Origin: Octopus sinensis
Taxonomy: Eukaryota
Assembly: GCF_006345805.1 (NCBI RefSeq)
Contig: NC_042998.1
Coordinates: 139,562,001 to 139,626,000, forward strand
Reading direction: 5' to 3'
Length of the DNA stretch: 64,000 nt
Numbering within the stretch: the stretch's first letter is position 1; each line of letters starts with the position of its first letter. The notes under the pieces are model-generated. The model saw nothing but the letters and a program-made list of their open reading frames with translations, was not told where the DNA came from and made no database searches. Position numbers and translations under genes: made by a program. Below are positions 1 through 12,363 of this stretch, one piece after another.

Positions 1-1735
1 CGTCATAGTGTCTAGCCACGAGCACATCGAGCAGGTCGGCGAGACACTGAAAGACTACGAAGCGGTGACAGGAGCGAAAATCAACCGGGAAAAGTCAGTG
101 GGCTTGCGACTAGGCACCTGGAGAAGCAAGCCCATGCCGTCCACCAGCGCCTCCGTCGTGGGACGCTGGACCGACGGCCCGGTTGAGTTGCTCGGGGTCT
201 GGTTTGGTCCGGACCTCCAAGTGGAGAAGAACTGGAACGAGATAACGAGTAGGGTGGTCACTCTCGCCCGGTAATGGCCGAGAGGAAACTGTCCCTAAAA
301 GGTCGGGCGGAGGTGGCGAACACGTACATCGCGTCCGTCATCTACTACCGCCTGACCGTCGTACCTTGTCCCGACCCTACCATCACCAAACTACAACGCA
401 TTCTCTTTCGCTTCTTGTGGAAAGGATGCGTCCGATGGTCAGGCGATCCTTTGCTGTCAACACCCGTTAAAAGGAGGGCTGGGCATGCCGTGGTTGATGA
501 TGCGCAGACACGCGCTGAGACTGCGACATCTCTGGCTCTATGTAGACGACGGTGAACAGGTGTGGTCGCCGTTGTGAGGCACGCTTTCCCGCAGCTCGTC
601 TCCATGACCGAACTGCAGTCGTGGATCAAAAGAGGCCGAAGAAGGGCGAATGGCACCGCGAGTGTCGCGTTGCTCTCAAGCAACTCTGCCGTCCTGGGTC
701 GACCTTGAGTGACTTCAACACAACCAAAGCATTCTATAGGGGTTTAGTGGAGGGGAGGTACGACGACGAGCTCGGGGCGAACCTGGACGTCGACGAGGAG
801 TACCTGACCCGCCTGTTCAGGACGACTTTCGGGCCAGGGCCCATGGACAATTCCAGAGATCCCTGGCCTGGCAGTGCTACCGAGAAGCGCTACCCGTTCG
901 GGATAAGCTCTACAGACACGGCTCGAGAAACACGGGGCGACCTGCCCGAGATGCGGTCAGAGCGACGAAACCGTTCTGCACGCACTCGTGCAGTGTCCAA
1001 CAATTTCCGACCTGTGGGCTTGTGTCGAACAACTGCTGTCATGTGTGGGACGAGTCGGTTTATCAGCTGAGTCTATCGTCAATATTGTCACGCCTCCCTC
1101 CTTCAAACGGGAAGGAAGAGCTATTTTCATCATCCTTGTGGCTATGGCGAAAGAATGTATCTGGTGGACGCGTCTGAAAGGATTGGAGACAAACACTTTC
1201 CTCTCTGGTCAATCTCTCATCAACTTCTTCAAGTACCACTTGAAAAGGAAAGTGAGAGTAGAGAGGCAAGTTTTGTCTAGCGAATGTTTTAAAAAAAGAT
1301 GGGTGAATGTAGCAAGAATGGCACGTATGAATGACGAAGCCACCTTGAGCATGATCCTATGAACCCAGAAATTGAAAACAGAGAGTTGCTTATTTGCAAA
1401 AAAAAAAAAAAGAAATACAACATGTGACTCCATTGACCGAGGTTACCGTGGTCTTTTCCGTAGGCTTTTCTTTCCACGGGTAAACCTCACCTGTCCCCCC
1501 TTTACACTTCATATTGACATTTCTGTGATAACGATCCCTATTGATCAATTTTTTTTTTTTCCTCTCCCCCTTTTTTTTAAACCCCCTTTTTTTTGTCCTC
1601 TTTCTCTCCTTTTACGATCCCTTTTGATCGAAACTCCCCCTTCCTTTTTTTTTTTTTTTTTTAAACCTTCAAAAGAAAAGCTCTACCTTGTAATTTGTTC
1701 TATCTGTGTGCAGCCCTGTGTGGCTAATAAAGAAA
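1..1735 (+). mobile_element. Tx1/L1-clade LINE, 3' part (RT C-terminus, CCHC zinc knuckle, 3' UTR); frameshifted, 5' end outside the window
   Basis: Consecutive frames give GAKINREKS..LLGVWF, LSLKGRAEVANTYIASVIYY..FLWKG, and CPRCGQSDETVLHALVQC (about 941-997). The ORF ends at 1362. A T-rich 3' UTR follows, with AATAAA near 1725, then (CTAT)n. Confidence 0.85.
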
Positions 1736-1737
1736 CA

Positions 1738-1740
<3 letters not shown>

Positions 1741-1836
<96 letters not shown>

Positions 1837-1858
1837 TTACCTATCTATCTATCTATAG
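1741..1858 (+). repeat. (CTAT)n microsatellite
   Basis: Read directly; it abuts the LINE 3' end. Confidence 0.97.
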
Positions 1859-1878
1859 ATTGATAGATAGATATACAC

Positions 1879-1985
1879 TTTGTGGGTTAACAAGGCTACC
1901 ATAGGTTTCATACCAAGAGAAATCTCTCAACAATTCAAGGCAGCCACATGGAACATTGGTACTTGTAGCCTTGTTAGCACACAAA
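1879..1985. repeat. Small inverted-repeat element (~100 bp, MITE-like)
   Basis: tgtgggttaacaaggctac (1881) versus gtagccttgttagcacaca (1965-1983) is 17/19 complementary. Confidence 0.5.
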
Positions 1986-2085
1986 TAAAGACTATTTATC
2001 TAGCAATGCAGTGTTGAGCACTCATTCTCACTGTTCGATATTACGGGTATGTATATATGTATATATACATATACGATATATATAT

Positions 2086-2164
<79 letters not shown>

Positions 2165-2326
2165 CAATTTAGGAATGGCCTAAACAGGCCATTCGTCCAC
2201 CAGAAAGAGCAGCCAGAACTCCAATATATATCTGTATCATGTATGCATGTATGTATGTACGTATGTATGTATGTATGTATGTATGTATGTATGTATGTAT
2301 GTATGTTATGTATGTATGTGTGTGTG

Positions 2327-2362
<36 letters not shown>

Positions 2363-3265
2363 ATATCGAAAATCTCACAACCTTAAGACAGCTGGCGCTT
2401 CCGCTGCATATAATTTAAGAGAAAGAGCAACTCACTCCACCAAAAAAAACAAAACAAAAACCTCGTCGAAATTATCAGCAGTTTCTAGTTATGAATACAC
2501 AAACAAACAAACAAACAAACAAACAAACAAATAAATAAATAGATAAATAAATATTCTCATGATATATATTCCTTGCCACAAGTACGTATGACAAAAACCA
2601 CAGCACATGAATGCGCTGCGCTTTTACTACCACCTCTTCACACTTCAGTCTTATACTCTGACCCCTAACACACGACTTGGCCTCATGCAGCCGCCTTGGG
2701 AGGTTGACTTGTCGATTGTCAGCTAACACAGTCAATAAAGTTGACATCAAACTTGTGTCACCTCAACTCTGTGTACACCTCTGACGTGGCGGTGCATTCA
2801 TTCATGCACACACTTCTCAATGGATGCAATGGAGAGAGGATTTGTAGAAGGTGGAATTGAGAAATACTAGAGAGAAGAAGAAACAGAGAGTGGGAGAGAG
2901 CAAAGAAAAAAGGGGCGTGACTAATAATGTAATATAATCACTCCACCCACTTTCACAATTTACTACCAGCCCTTGTACATCCTACATCCGATCCATTGTT
3001 AAAAAGATTCGCTGTTGTGCGTGAGAATGGCTAAGGATGAAAGGATGAAATGCGCTGCAAATACACACAGATGTTCTCCCCACCTCCCCACACACATTTA
3101 CGTGTAAGCAGGTTCAGTAACGCCTATTTTATGATGGAAATAAAGGACTTAATTATATTTTAAATGGTAATGACGGTAGTTAAATCTTAAAACATTGCAA
3201 AACATTGTCTCGCTTTTCCTCTTTCCATTGTGTTTTTCTTTCCTCCTTCCTTCCTTTCTTTCTGA

Positions 3266-3342
<77 letters not shown>

Positions 3343-3507
3343 CATCTATCTATCTATCCGTCTGTCTTGTTTAAAGATATTTTAAAATAAGTATTGATAT
3401 GTATGTTTTAAAGACAGTAGGTTACGGTTTTCTGATTATAGGACGTAAGCCAACATATTTATACGAGAAAGACATGAAATTAGGCAGGCAGACTGAGGGG
3501 TTGATAT

Positions 3508-3549
<42 letters not shown>

Positions 3550-3699
3550 GAATAGTTCGCTAACTAGTTAGATAGATAGATTGATAGATAGATGAATAGC
3601 TCGCTAACTAGTTAGATAGATAGTTAGGTGAGTTGGAAGGTAGTTATATTTGAAAGATGGATCGATAGATAGACAGAGGTTAGATATACAAATAGACTG

Positions 3700-3754
<55 letters not shown>

Positions 3755-3755
<1 letters not shown>

Positions 3756-3988
3756 CTTTTATTCTTTTATTTGTTTCAGTCATTTGACTGCGGTCATGCT
3801 GGAGCACCGCCTTTGGTCGAACAAATCGGCCCCAAGACTTATTCTTTGTAAGCCTAGTACTTATTGTAGCGGGATCTTTTGCCGAACCGCCAAGTTACGG
3901 GGACGTAAACACACCAGCATCGGTTGTCAAGCGATAGTGTGGGGGAGGTGATAAACACAGCCACACACACACATACACAACACACACA

Positions 3989-4038
<50 letters not shown>

Positions 4039-4140
4039 TTATATATACATACGACGAGCTTCTTTCACTTTCCATCTACCAAATCAACTCAAAAGGCTAG
4101 GTGCCAAGCAGTGGGACTGAACTCAGAACCATGTGGTTAT
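3755..4140 (-). mobile_element. SINE family A (tRNA-headed, internal microsatellite), degenerate copy
   Basis: Reverse complement of the copy at 10533-10997 (tail ggtgctccagcatg..gcagtcaaatgactgaaacaa). Confidence 0.8.
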
Positions 4141-4231
4141 ATAAATACACACACACACACACACATATATATAATAACAAAGGGAAAAACTAATTAATTA
4201 AGAAGTTAATTAGTTTTACCCTTTGTTATAT

Positions 4232-4490
4232 CATCATCATCATCATTTAGCTTCCGTTTTCCATGCTAGCATGGGTTGGACGGTTCAACTGGGGTCTGTG
4301 AAACTGGAAGGCTTCATTAGGCCCAGTCAGATCTGGCAGTGTTTCTACGGCTGGATGCCCTTCCTAACGCCAACCACTCCGTGAGTGTAGTGGGTGCTTT
4401 CTACGTGCCACCCGCACAGGTGCCAGACAGAGCTGGCAAACGGCCACGAACGGATGGTGCTTTTACGTGTCACCGGCACCGGGGCCAGAA
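4232..4490 (-). mobile_element. RTE-type 3' tail element (SINE or LINE end) finishing in (TGA)n
   Basis: The minus strand reads ccgtccaacccatgctagcatggaaaacgga..aaatgatgatgatg, as recalled for RTE-clade 3' ends. Confidence 0.55.
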
Positions 4491-4640
4491 TAATATATAT
4501 ATCAATATATATAAGAAATATATTATATATATATATATATTATATATATATATATATTATATATATATATATAATATATAAATAAATAAATATATATATA
4601 TATATATATATATAATATACATACACCACACACACACACC

Positions 4641-4671
<31 letters not shown>

Positions 4672-4917
4672 ATCTATATGTATGTATGTATGTAACCATA
4701 TGGTTATATATACTTCTAATATAAAGAGAAAATTTTTCAAAAAATTTATCAGTGGGTAGCATATTAAAAATATCTTTTGAGGTGAAAATTATAAACAATT
4801 ATAAATAAGGGCAAAAGAAAAAAAAATTTCTTTGCCAAGTCTATTTTTCAGCATATTAGCAAAGAAATTTTTTTCTTTTGCCTTTATTTATAATTGTTTA
4901 TGTATGTATATATATAT

Positions 4918-5110
4918 ATATAACGGGAAGCTTTATGAAAATAAACAAAAGACGAAGGCAGGTGGAATACAAACAAACAATTGTATTAGTATGGCGCTCA
5001 GGAATATAAATAAAACAAGTCTTTTACGTTTCGAGCCTACGCTCTTCAACAGAAAGATACACAGAAAAGAAACACGGAGAGAAACAAAGAGAGAAAAAAA
5101 ATGCTCGCAG
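4918..5110 (-). mobile_element. Penelope-like terminal relic, family 1, next to (TA)n
   Basis: Near-identical copy at 28245-28410 and related copies near 20160-20250 and 48225-48300; carries a hammerhead-like fold. Confidence 0.6.
5020..5057 (-). ncRNA. Minimal type I hammerhead ribozyme-like motif (variant core)
   Basis: UCUUU-CUGUUGA-A-GAGC(GUAG)GCUC-GAAA-CG-UA-AAAGA: 5-bp stem I, 4-bp stem II, palindromic ACGU stem III and a GUA triplet. Confidence 0.55.
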
Positions 5111-5483
5111 AGGCTAGCGAATCAATATGTATATATATATATGAGTGAGAGAGAGAGAGAGAGAGAGAGAAAGAAAGGGAGAGGAGGGACGGAGAGTCAG
5201 AGGGAGAGAGGGAGTAGGGGAAATAAAGTGTTTGAGATTTATGCAAATTATGAGAACGTTAATGAAACATCTTTAATCACCATTATGTCGGTGACTGGGA
5301 CACCTGCGCACTTACGCACTTGTGTGCGTGTGTGTTTATGTAAATGTGTGTGTGCATGCATGTGTGTCCTTGTGTGTGTGTGTGTGTGTGTATGTGTGTG
5401 TGTGTGTGTGTATGGTCCTGGCACTAGCGTAGTTAGGCGAGGGCGGTAGGGGTGGTCCGCCCCGTGCGACACTTTTAAAGGAC

Positions 5484-5583
5484 NNNNNNNNNNNNNNNNN
5501 NNNNNNNNNNNNNNNNNNNNNNNNNNNNNNNNNNNNNNNNNNNNNNNNNNNNNNNNNNNNNNNNNNNNNNNNNNNNNNNNNNN
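5484..5583. other. Assembly gap (100 N)
   Basis: Run of N. Confidence 1.
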
Positions 5584-5614
5584 TCCATTGCCTTGGATTG
5601 GCACTTTTTAAAAA

Positions 5615-5716
5615 TCAATTCCGAAAGAATGAAAGATAAAGTTGACCTCGGTGGGATTTGAACTCAGAGCGCACGGAGTCGGAACAAATATCACGAAATA
5701 TTCCGTTCGACGCTCT
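5615..5716 (-). mobile_element. SINE family C fragment
   Basis: gaaagataaagttgacctcggtgggatttgaactcag matches the copy at 42326-42540. Confidence 0.65.
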
Positions 5717-6139
5717 AACGACTCTGTGAATTTGCCACCAAATTTGGACTCGGCCAAGGTGTACAGCAGGATCGAGTCCAGAACCCCATGATTGAGATGC
5801 AAACCTCTTAATCACTCAACCATGCCCATGTCCATAATAAACAAATAGCATATGTTTCAATGACCGTATACCATATCGCAATGACACCGTGAGAGCACGA
5901 TTGGTTAACTTGTCAAGAAGAAATATAAAAAACTGCTGTCTTCTTGATCAAGAACTCAAATCTCACCAAACACCCAACATACATAATGCAGGGTGCTACT
6001 GAGCACCAGTGTAGCTAGAAATAAGAGTGGAAACAAAACTCCAACTCCTAGCCATGTGAAAGCACACACGACACAAAATGCGTTTGTGTATATGTATATG
6101 TATATATATGTATGTATATATGTACGTATATATACATGA

Positions 6140-6463
6140 AAGATTTAGTCGAACAAGTTGGCTCCAGTACTTTTTTAAACCCTAGTATTTGTTCTGTCGG
6201 TTCCTCTTACCGATCTGTTAAGTTACGGGGGCGAAAATAAGCCAACACTTGTTGTCACGTGGTTGTGTGAGGGGGGAACAAATACACGCGCACGCGCATA
6301 CATTAATGAGTGGGCTTCTTTGAGTTTCCGTCTATCAAATTCACTCACGAGGCTTTGGTCGATCAATTACTTTAGAAGACACTTGCATAGGTGTCTCGCA
6401 GAGGGACTGAACTAGGAACCATGCGGTTGAGAAGCAAGCTTCTTGCCTCACCACATCCATATG
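6140..6463 (-). mobile_element. SINE family A copy
   Basis: Reverse complement of the family A head and body; B-box ggttcctagttcagtccc on the minus strand. Confidence 0.8.
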
Positions 6464-6501
<38 letters not shown>

Positions 6502-6505
<4 letters not shown>

Positions 6506-6666
6506 CGTAGTAAGAAGCTTGCTTCCCAACCACATGTTTCCGGGTTCAGTCCCTCTGCGTGACATCTTCATCACGTGTCTTCTACAATAGCCCCGGGACG
6601 ACCAAAGGAAAACGGAATCTGCAACAAGCCCCCCCCCCACATATATATACATGCATGCATGATACA

Positions 6667-6701
<35 letters not shown>

Positions 6702-6975
6702 TTATGTGTGTGTGTGTATATGTGTGTATGTGTCTGTGTTTGTGTCTGTGTTTGACCTCCACCACCGCTTGACTACTGGTGTTGGTGTGTTTACGTCTTC
6801 GTAACTTAGCCATTTGGTAAAAGACACTGATAGAATAAGTACCAGGCTTAACAAAATAATAATGAAAAAAAAAAACTAGGGTCGATTCATTCGAGTAAGA
6901 CAAATTGTTCAAGGCGGTGCCCCAGCATGACCACAGTCTAATGGTTGAAACAAGTAAAAGAAATAATATAAAAGA
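6502..6975 (+). mobile_element. SINE family A copy
   Basis: gtaagaagcttgcttcccaaccacatgtttccgggttcagtccc head, internal (TA)/(TACA)/(TG) tract and family A tail. Confidence 0.8.
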
Positions 6976-7094
6976 TACAGCTTTGAGAAGCATGAGCTTT
7001 TAAACTTGGTGAATTTCCTATGGTGGAGATCACTGGATGGAGGGATAATTACATAAGCAATGGGTGCTTTCGCTTGGTTTGAAACCACACACGA

Positions 7095-7181
7095 GACACA
7101 GCCAGCGACCTAATAGGTTAGCGAGACAGCCAACGACCTTATAGGTTAGCGACACAGCCAACGACCTAATAGGTTAGCGAC
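7095..7181 (+). repeat. 28-bp minisatellite x3
   Basis: Unit gacacagccaacgacctaataggttagc at 7095, 7123 and 7151, with few mismatches. Confidence 0.9.
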
Positions 7182-8119
7182 TGAGCATTCAATATTTTTT
7201 TTTTATATAAATAATAACGTAAACACAAGAAACAGACACACAGAAAATAAAGTACAAAAGTACAAAACAAAATAAAATTGTAGATGTTTATCAGTCACAA
7301 CACCCAGAATATAATAAAAATCCCCTCTCGCTTGTTAATCCTCTCTTCCCACCATGCTTTTATTTGGAGGCCGAAAATTCTGATAGACATGAGGTTATAT
7401 TCTACAGTAGTGTTAAGCAATCAATAAGGCATCAATACAAGAGAAAAGGTTACGAGATATTGCCTGTATACAGCATGACTACAGACAAACATGCATGCAT
7501 ACATACATGGATTTTTATGAACACAAATACTCATATATATTGGTGCGTGTGTATGTATTCTTTTTTCTGAACCTCATTCTAATCGTTACGTTATGTCCAT
7601 TTAGTAGCGCCCTCTGGTGTATTACAATGTAGTTAGCAGCGATGATATAGTGATGGCTTTATTTCTGCCTGCGCCTCCCATCTGACTGTCCCGTACTTAG
7701 TTATTTGTCTGTCAGCATCTCTCTCTCCCTCTTTCTCTCTCTTTTTGTCCCTCTTTCCCTTTCTCTTTACACATGCGGGTAAATATGTATGTGTGTATGT
7801 ATGTATGTATGTATGTATGTATGTATGTATGTATGGTATGTATGTATGTATGCATGTATGTATGTATGTATGTATGTGTGTGTGTGTGTGTGGTATTTAT
7901 ATATATACATGCATATTTGTATATCAATATTTCTATTTCTCTCATTCACATGTACACACAAACACCCACACACAGTTTATACACACACATACACACAATA
8001 CACACGCACAATTGCATATACTTATATCATACATACATATAGAATATATATCCATAAGCATATATAATATAATACAAATGTAACATTATACATGAATATA
8101 TTTGTATATAATATATATT

Positions 8120-8162
<43 letters not shown>

Positions 8163-8373
8163 ATAGGTATATAGGCATATATATATAGGTATATTATATA
8201 TATATGTATATAGGCATATATTATATATATATAGGTATATTTATATATATATATGTATATGACATATAATAGGTGTTATATATATATATGTACATATATA
8301 TATATAGTATATTATATATGTATATATATATATCATACATATAGTATATATATATATATTATATATATATATC

Positions 8374-8409
<36 letters not shown>

Positions 8410-8442
8410 ATATATATAATATATTCACACATCTTTATATCC

Positions 8443-8509
<67 letters not shown>

Positions 8510-8551
8510 CATCCATCTATCTATATATATCTATCTATCTATCTATCTCTA

Positions 8552-8589
<38 letters not shown>

Positions 8590-8996
8590 CGAAGTCGTTG
8601 ATTAATTGATTGATTTATCTACCTGTTGGTCTACGCCATCTCCCTGTCCTCCTGTCTCTCCTTGTCTCTCTGTCAGTCTGCTTGACTGCCTGACAGTTCG
8701 TTTATTCCATGATTGCCATTGCTTATATCCCATTAATGACGACGAAAAGTATGACATAAATTATACATAAAGGCCATTATAACATCGCTTGGAGAAGACG
8801 GGACGTGGTGAGATGGATAGGTCAACAGGATGGGGATTTTTGGCGTACCACAGATGGCTTGCTGCGATATCAACAATATAAGCCGACAATAATAGATCAG
8901 TGAAACAGCAACAGGGGGATAAACATGGCAGTATCGTAAATGAAAGGAGATCTAGTTTGTTTTTTCATTTTTAAAATGAATTATACATATATAATA

Positions 8997-9030
<34 letters not shown>

Positions 9031-9139
9031 TTTATATGTGTGTGTGTGTGAATGTGTGTGGTGTGTGTGTGTGATGCATATGTATATGCGTGTATGTTTG
9101 TTTAAGTATGCATGTATATACATACACACACAACACACA

Positions 9140-9179
<40 letters not shown>

Positions 9180-9471
9180 CACACACATATATTATATATA
9201 TATATATATATATGCATGTATATGTATGTATTTATGTATATATGTATGAATCTATATACATATATTTATATACAAACGCATACACAGACAAGGTGTATAT
9301 GTGAATACATAAATACGTGTATGTTTGTGTATATATTCATGTGTGTGTATATATATATATGATATATAATACTATATATTCATATATAATGTATATATCT
9401 ATATATAATATATATATATTATATATATATATATATATATCTATATCTATCTCTCTATCTATTATTTATCT

Positions 9472-9511
<40 letters not shown>

Positions 9512-9514
9512 CTA

Positions 9515-9557
<43 letters not shown>

Positions 9558-9646
9558 ATATTAATATATGTATATATTTATCGATATATGCATGCTTGTA
9601 TGTAGGATGTCTTATGTATGTATATATTTATATATGTATATGTAAT

Positions 9647-9688
<42 letters not shown>

Positions 9689-9784
9689 ACACTACATAAA
9701 CAAACAACATACCTACACTCAGCATTCGTTCATATACATGCATGCACGACGCATACATATATATAGTGTAGACATACATATACA

Positions 9785-9845
<61 letters not shown>

Positions 9846-9918
9846 ATATATATATATATGTGTATATATATATAGTATATATATGTATATATATATATTG
9901 TGTATGTAATATATATAG

Positions 9919-9949
<31 letters not shown>

Positions 9950-10392
9950 TATAAATAGGTACATACACTTTTACACATGCTTATCATCATAAATGTTCCC
10001 AGATGAATGTATTGTATTGTATCAGACATTTGTGTGTGTGTGTGAGTGCATGTGTGTATGTGAGTGTGTGTAGACTAACGTGAACGAATGAAAAGAGTTA
10101 AAGCTGGTTTGTTGAGATACAATCAATTAACAGTCGTGAGTCGCTCATTGGAAGCTGATTAACTATGCAGATCTGGTCTTTTTAACCTCTGCCGAAAAAA
10201 TACCACAACTTTGGAGATTTGAACGGCTCATAGAGGAAATTACAAAAATGTAATTGATAGAGCCTAAAGGCTATTACTACATTAGAAACGTAATTCGAAA
10301 GCAGAAAGAAATATATATATATATGAATATATATATGGATATTATATATATATATAATATATACTATATATATATAATATATATATATATAT

Positions 10393-10467
<75 letters not shown>

Positions 10468-10473
10468 ATATAT

Positions 10474-10525
<52 letters not shown>

Positions 10526-10532
10526 GTATATA

Positions 10533-10726
10533 GGCGCAGGAGTGGCTGTGTGGTAAGTAGCTTGCTTATGAACTACGTGGTTCCGGGTTCAGTCCCACTG
10601 CGTGGCATCTTGGGCAAATGTCTTCTACTATAGCCTCGGGCCGACGAAAGCCTTGTGAGTGGATTTGGTAGACGGAAACTGAAAGAAGCCTGTCGTATGT
10701 TATGTATATATAAATGAATATATATA

Positions 10727-10774
<48 letters not shown>

Positions 10775-10997
10775 TATATATATGTATGTGTGTGTGTTTG
10801 TGTGTCTGTGTTTGTCCCTCTAGCATTGCTTGACAACCGATGCTGGTGTGTTTACGTCCCCTTCACTTAGCGGTTCGGCAAAAAGAGACCGATAGAATAA
10901 GTACTGGGCTTACAAAGATAAGTCCCGGGGTCGATTTGCTCGACTAAAGGCGGTGCTCCAGCATGGCCGCAGTCAAATGACTGAAACAAGTAAAAGT
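10533..10997 (+). mobile_element. SINE family A, near full-length reference copy
   Basis: tRNA-like A box (gtggctgtgtggtaag) and B box (gggttcagtccc), body, internal (TA)n(TG)n, tail ending aacaagtaaaag. It resembles recalled octopus SINEs; not searched. Confidence 0.85.
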
Positions 10998-11024
10998 ATA
11001 TATATACCTACATATATATATACT

Positions 11025-11087
11025 TTTATTATTTTTCTTTAGTCATTTGACTGCGACCATGCTGGAGCATCGCCTTTTAGTCGAAGC
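11025..11087 (-). mobile_element. SINE family A tail fragment, inverted to the preceding copy
   Basis: agtcatttgactgcgaccatgctggagcatcgcctt is complementary to about 10945-10985. Confidence 0.75.
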
Positions 11088-11639
11088 AATGTATGTATGT
11101 ATGTATGTATGTATGTATGTATGTATGTATGTATGTATGTATGTAGCAGCAAGCAGACAATGCTTTTGTGATTCCTGGTGCTTGCCTCTCTGCTTCTGTT
11201 TTCTTTTTCCCTGTTGTTCAGCGTAAGTCTACGAGTCACAGCTGACTGAATCCATGTGTGAGGTTGGAGGAAGTGGGACGTGGGGGTTATTCTAGCAGGA
11301 GAATGAATAATGGTTCAATTCGACACTCCAGTGCCGGGCTGTGTTCATGGAGAAGGTACTCGACTCTTGCTGTTTCTCTTTTTTATCTCTTATATTCTAA
11401 ATACTACACATAAGTATATAAGTAAAATCATAAACATAAGCAAAATATGTATTATATAATGAATAATTTTGTTAGTATTTTACAGGGATGAGTGTAATTA
11501 AGTACTTAGTATAGGGTTGGGCCATGATCAGGACCATCTTTAGGTTCTCGTAGACCCGCGAGATATATTGAAGTATTACGTAATTATACTATTCATAGGG
11601 CCTCCTGAGCGTTTGAGCCGTCTTAATAATAATATAGGT

Positions 11640-11780
11640 TTCCAACTAATGCAAGACACTAGGGCCAACACATATAGATAAGCATTAGGCCCCCCCTAGA
11701 CTTCTGGAGACTCCAGACAATTTCTCAGAATGCCTGTACCTTAGAACGGTACTGCTCACATGGCGACCCTGTTTTTAACC
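11640..11780 (-). mobile_element. Possible R4/Dong-like (restriction-like endonuclease) LINE C-terminal relic
   Basis: The minus strand with one indel reads STVL-GTGILRNCLESP, resembling the QKxVLLGTARILRKVL terminus. Confidence 0.3.
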
Positions 11781-11843
11781 ATCTTATTACCACTGTTGTC
11801 CATCCGACGGGTTTCTACACGGCTTCCATCTACCCAATTTCAT

Positions 11844-11980
11844 ATAAGGTTGGAGAACTGTACATCCACAAAGCTTGTTTATTACAGTTTTGTATACAAT
11901 CTATTCTCTTTATAGGAGGATATATTGCATATATGATTGAAATAAACAAGCTTTATGGATGTACAATTCTCCATCTTTAT
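11844..11980. repeat. Imperfect inverted repeat, ~40-bp arms and ~57-nt spacer
   Basis: ataaggttggagaactgtacatccacaaagcttgtttatt versus aataaacaagctttatggatgtacaattctccatctttat. Confidence 0.85.
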
Positions 11981-12331
11981 GTAAACATCTTAAATATACA
12001 CTCCGTGAACTGCACAAGATCCATTGTCATGAACTCATTCGATGAAATATCGTGTGACTGTTTATCTTAAACAATTTCCAGTTTTTCCACATCATTCGAT
12101 GTGGTTAGCCAGAGCCTGAATTAAACTAAGGTACCTGCCTGGGTTTCATACGCCTATCTATTCACACACACACACACACATTATATATATATATATGTAT
12201 ATATATAAACAAGCTAAGCAAGTTAAAACACCAAGGTGGTGCCCCAGCAAGGCTGCAGTCTAATGACTGAAACAAGATAAAAGAATAACAGTATATATAT
12301 ATATATAATAATATATATATATAATATATAT

Positions 12332-12363
<32 letters not shown>

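Noticed and set aside
7095-7181. CRISPR-like direct repeats
   Set aside because: The units are contiguous with no unique spacers; the context is eukaryotic and there are no cas genes.
8100-10530. Interruptions such as TATTAT, ATAATA and GTGGTG within dinucleotide arrays as a coded pattern
   Set aside because: Single-base losses at irregular positions throughout the window are more simply explained by slippage or long-read consensus error.
11255-11410. Possible solo LTR (TG...CA)
   Set aside because: No target-site duplication and no second copy in the window.
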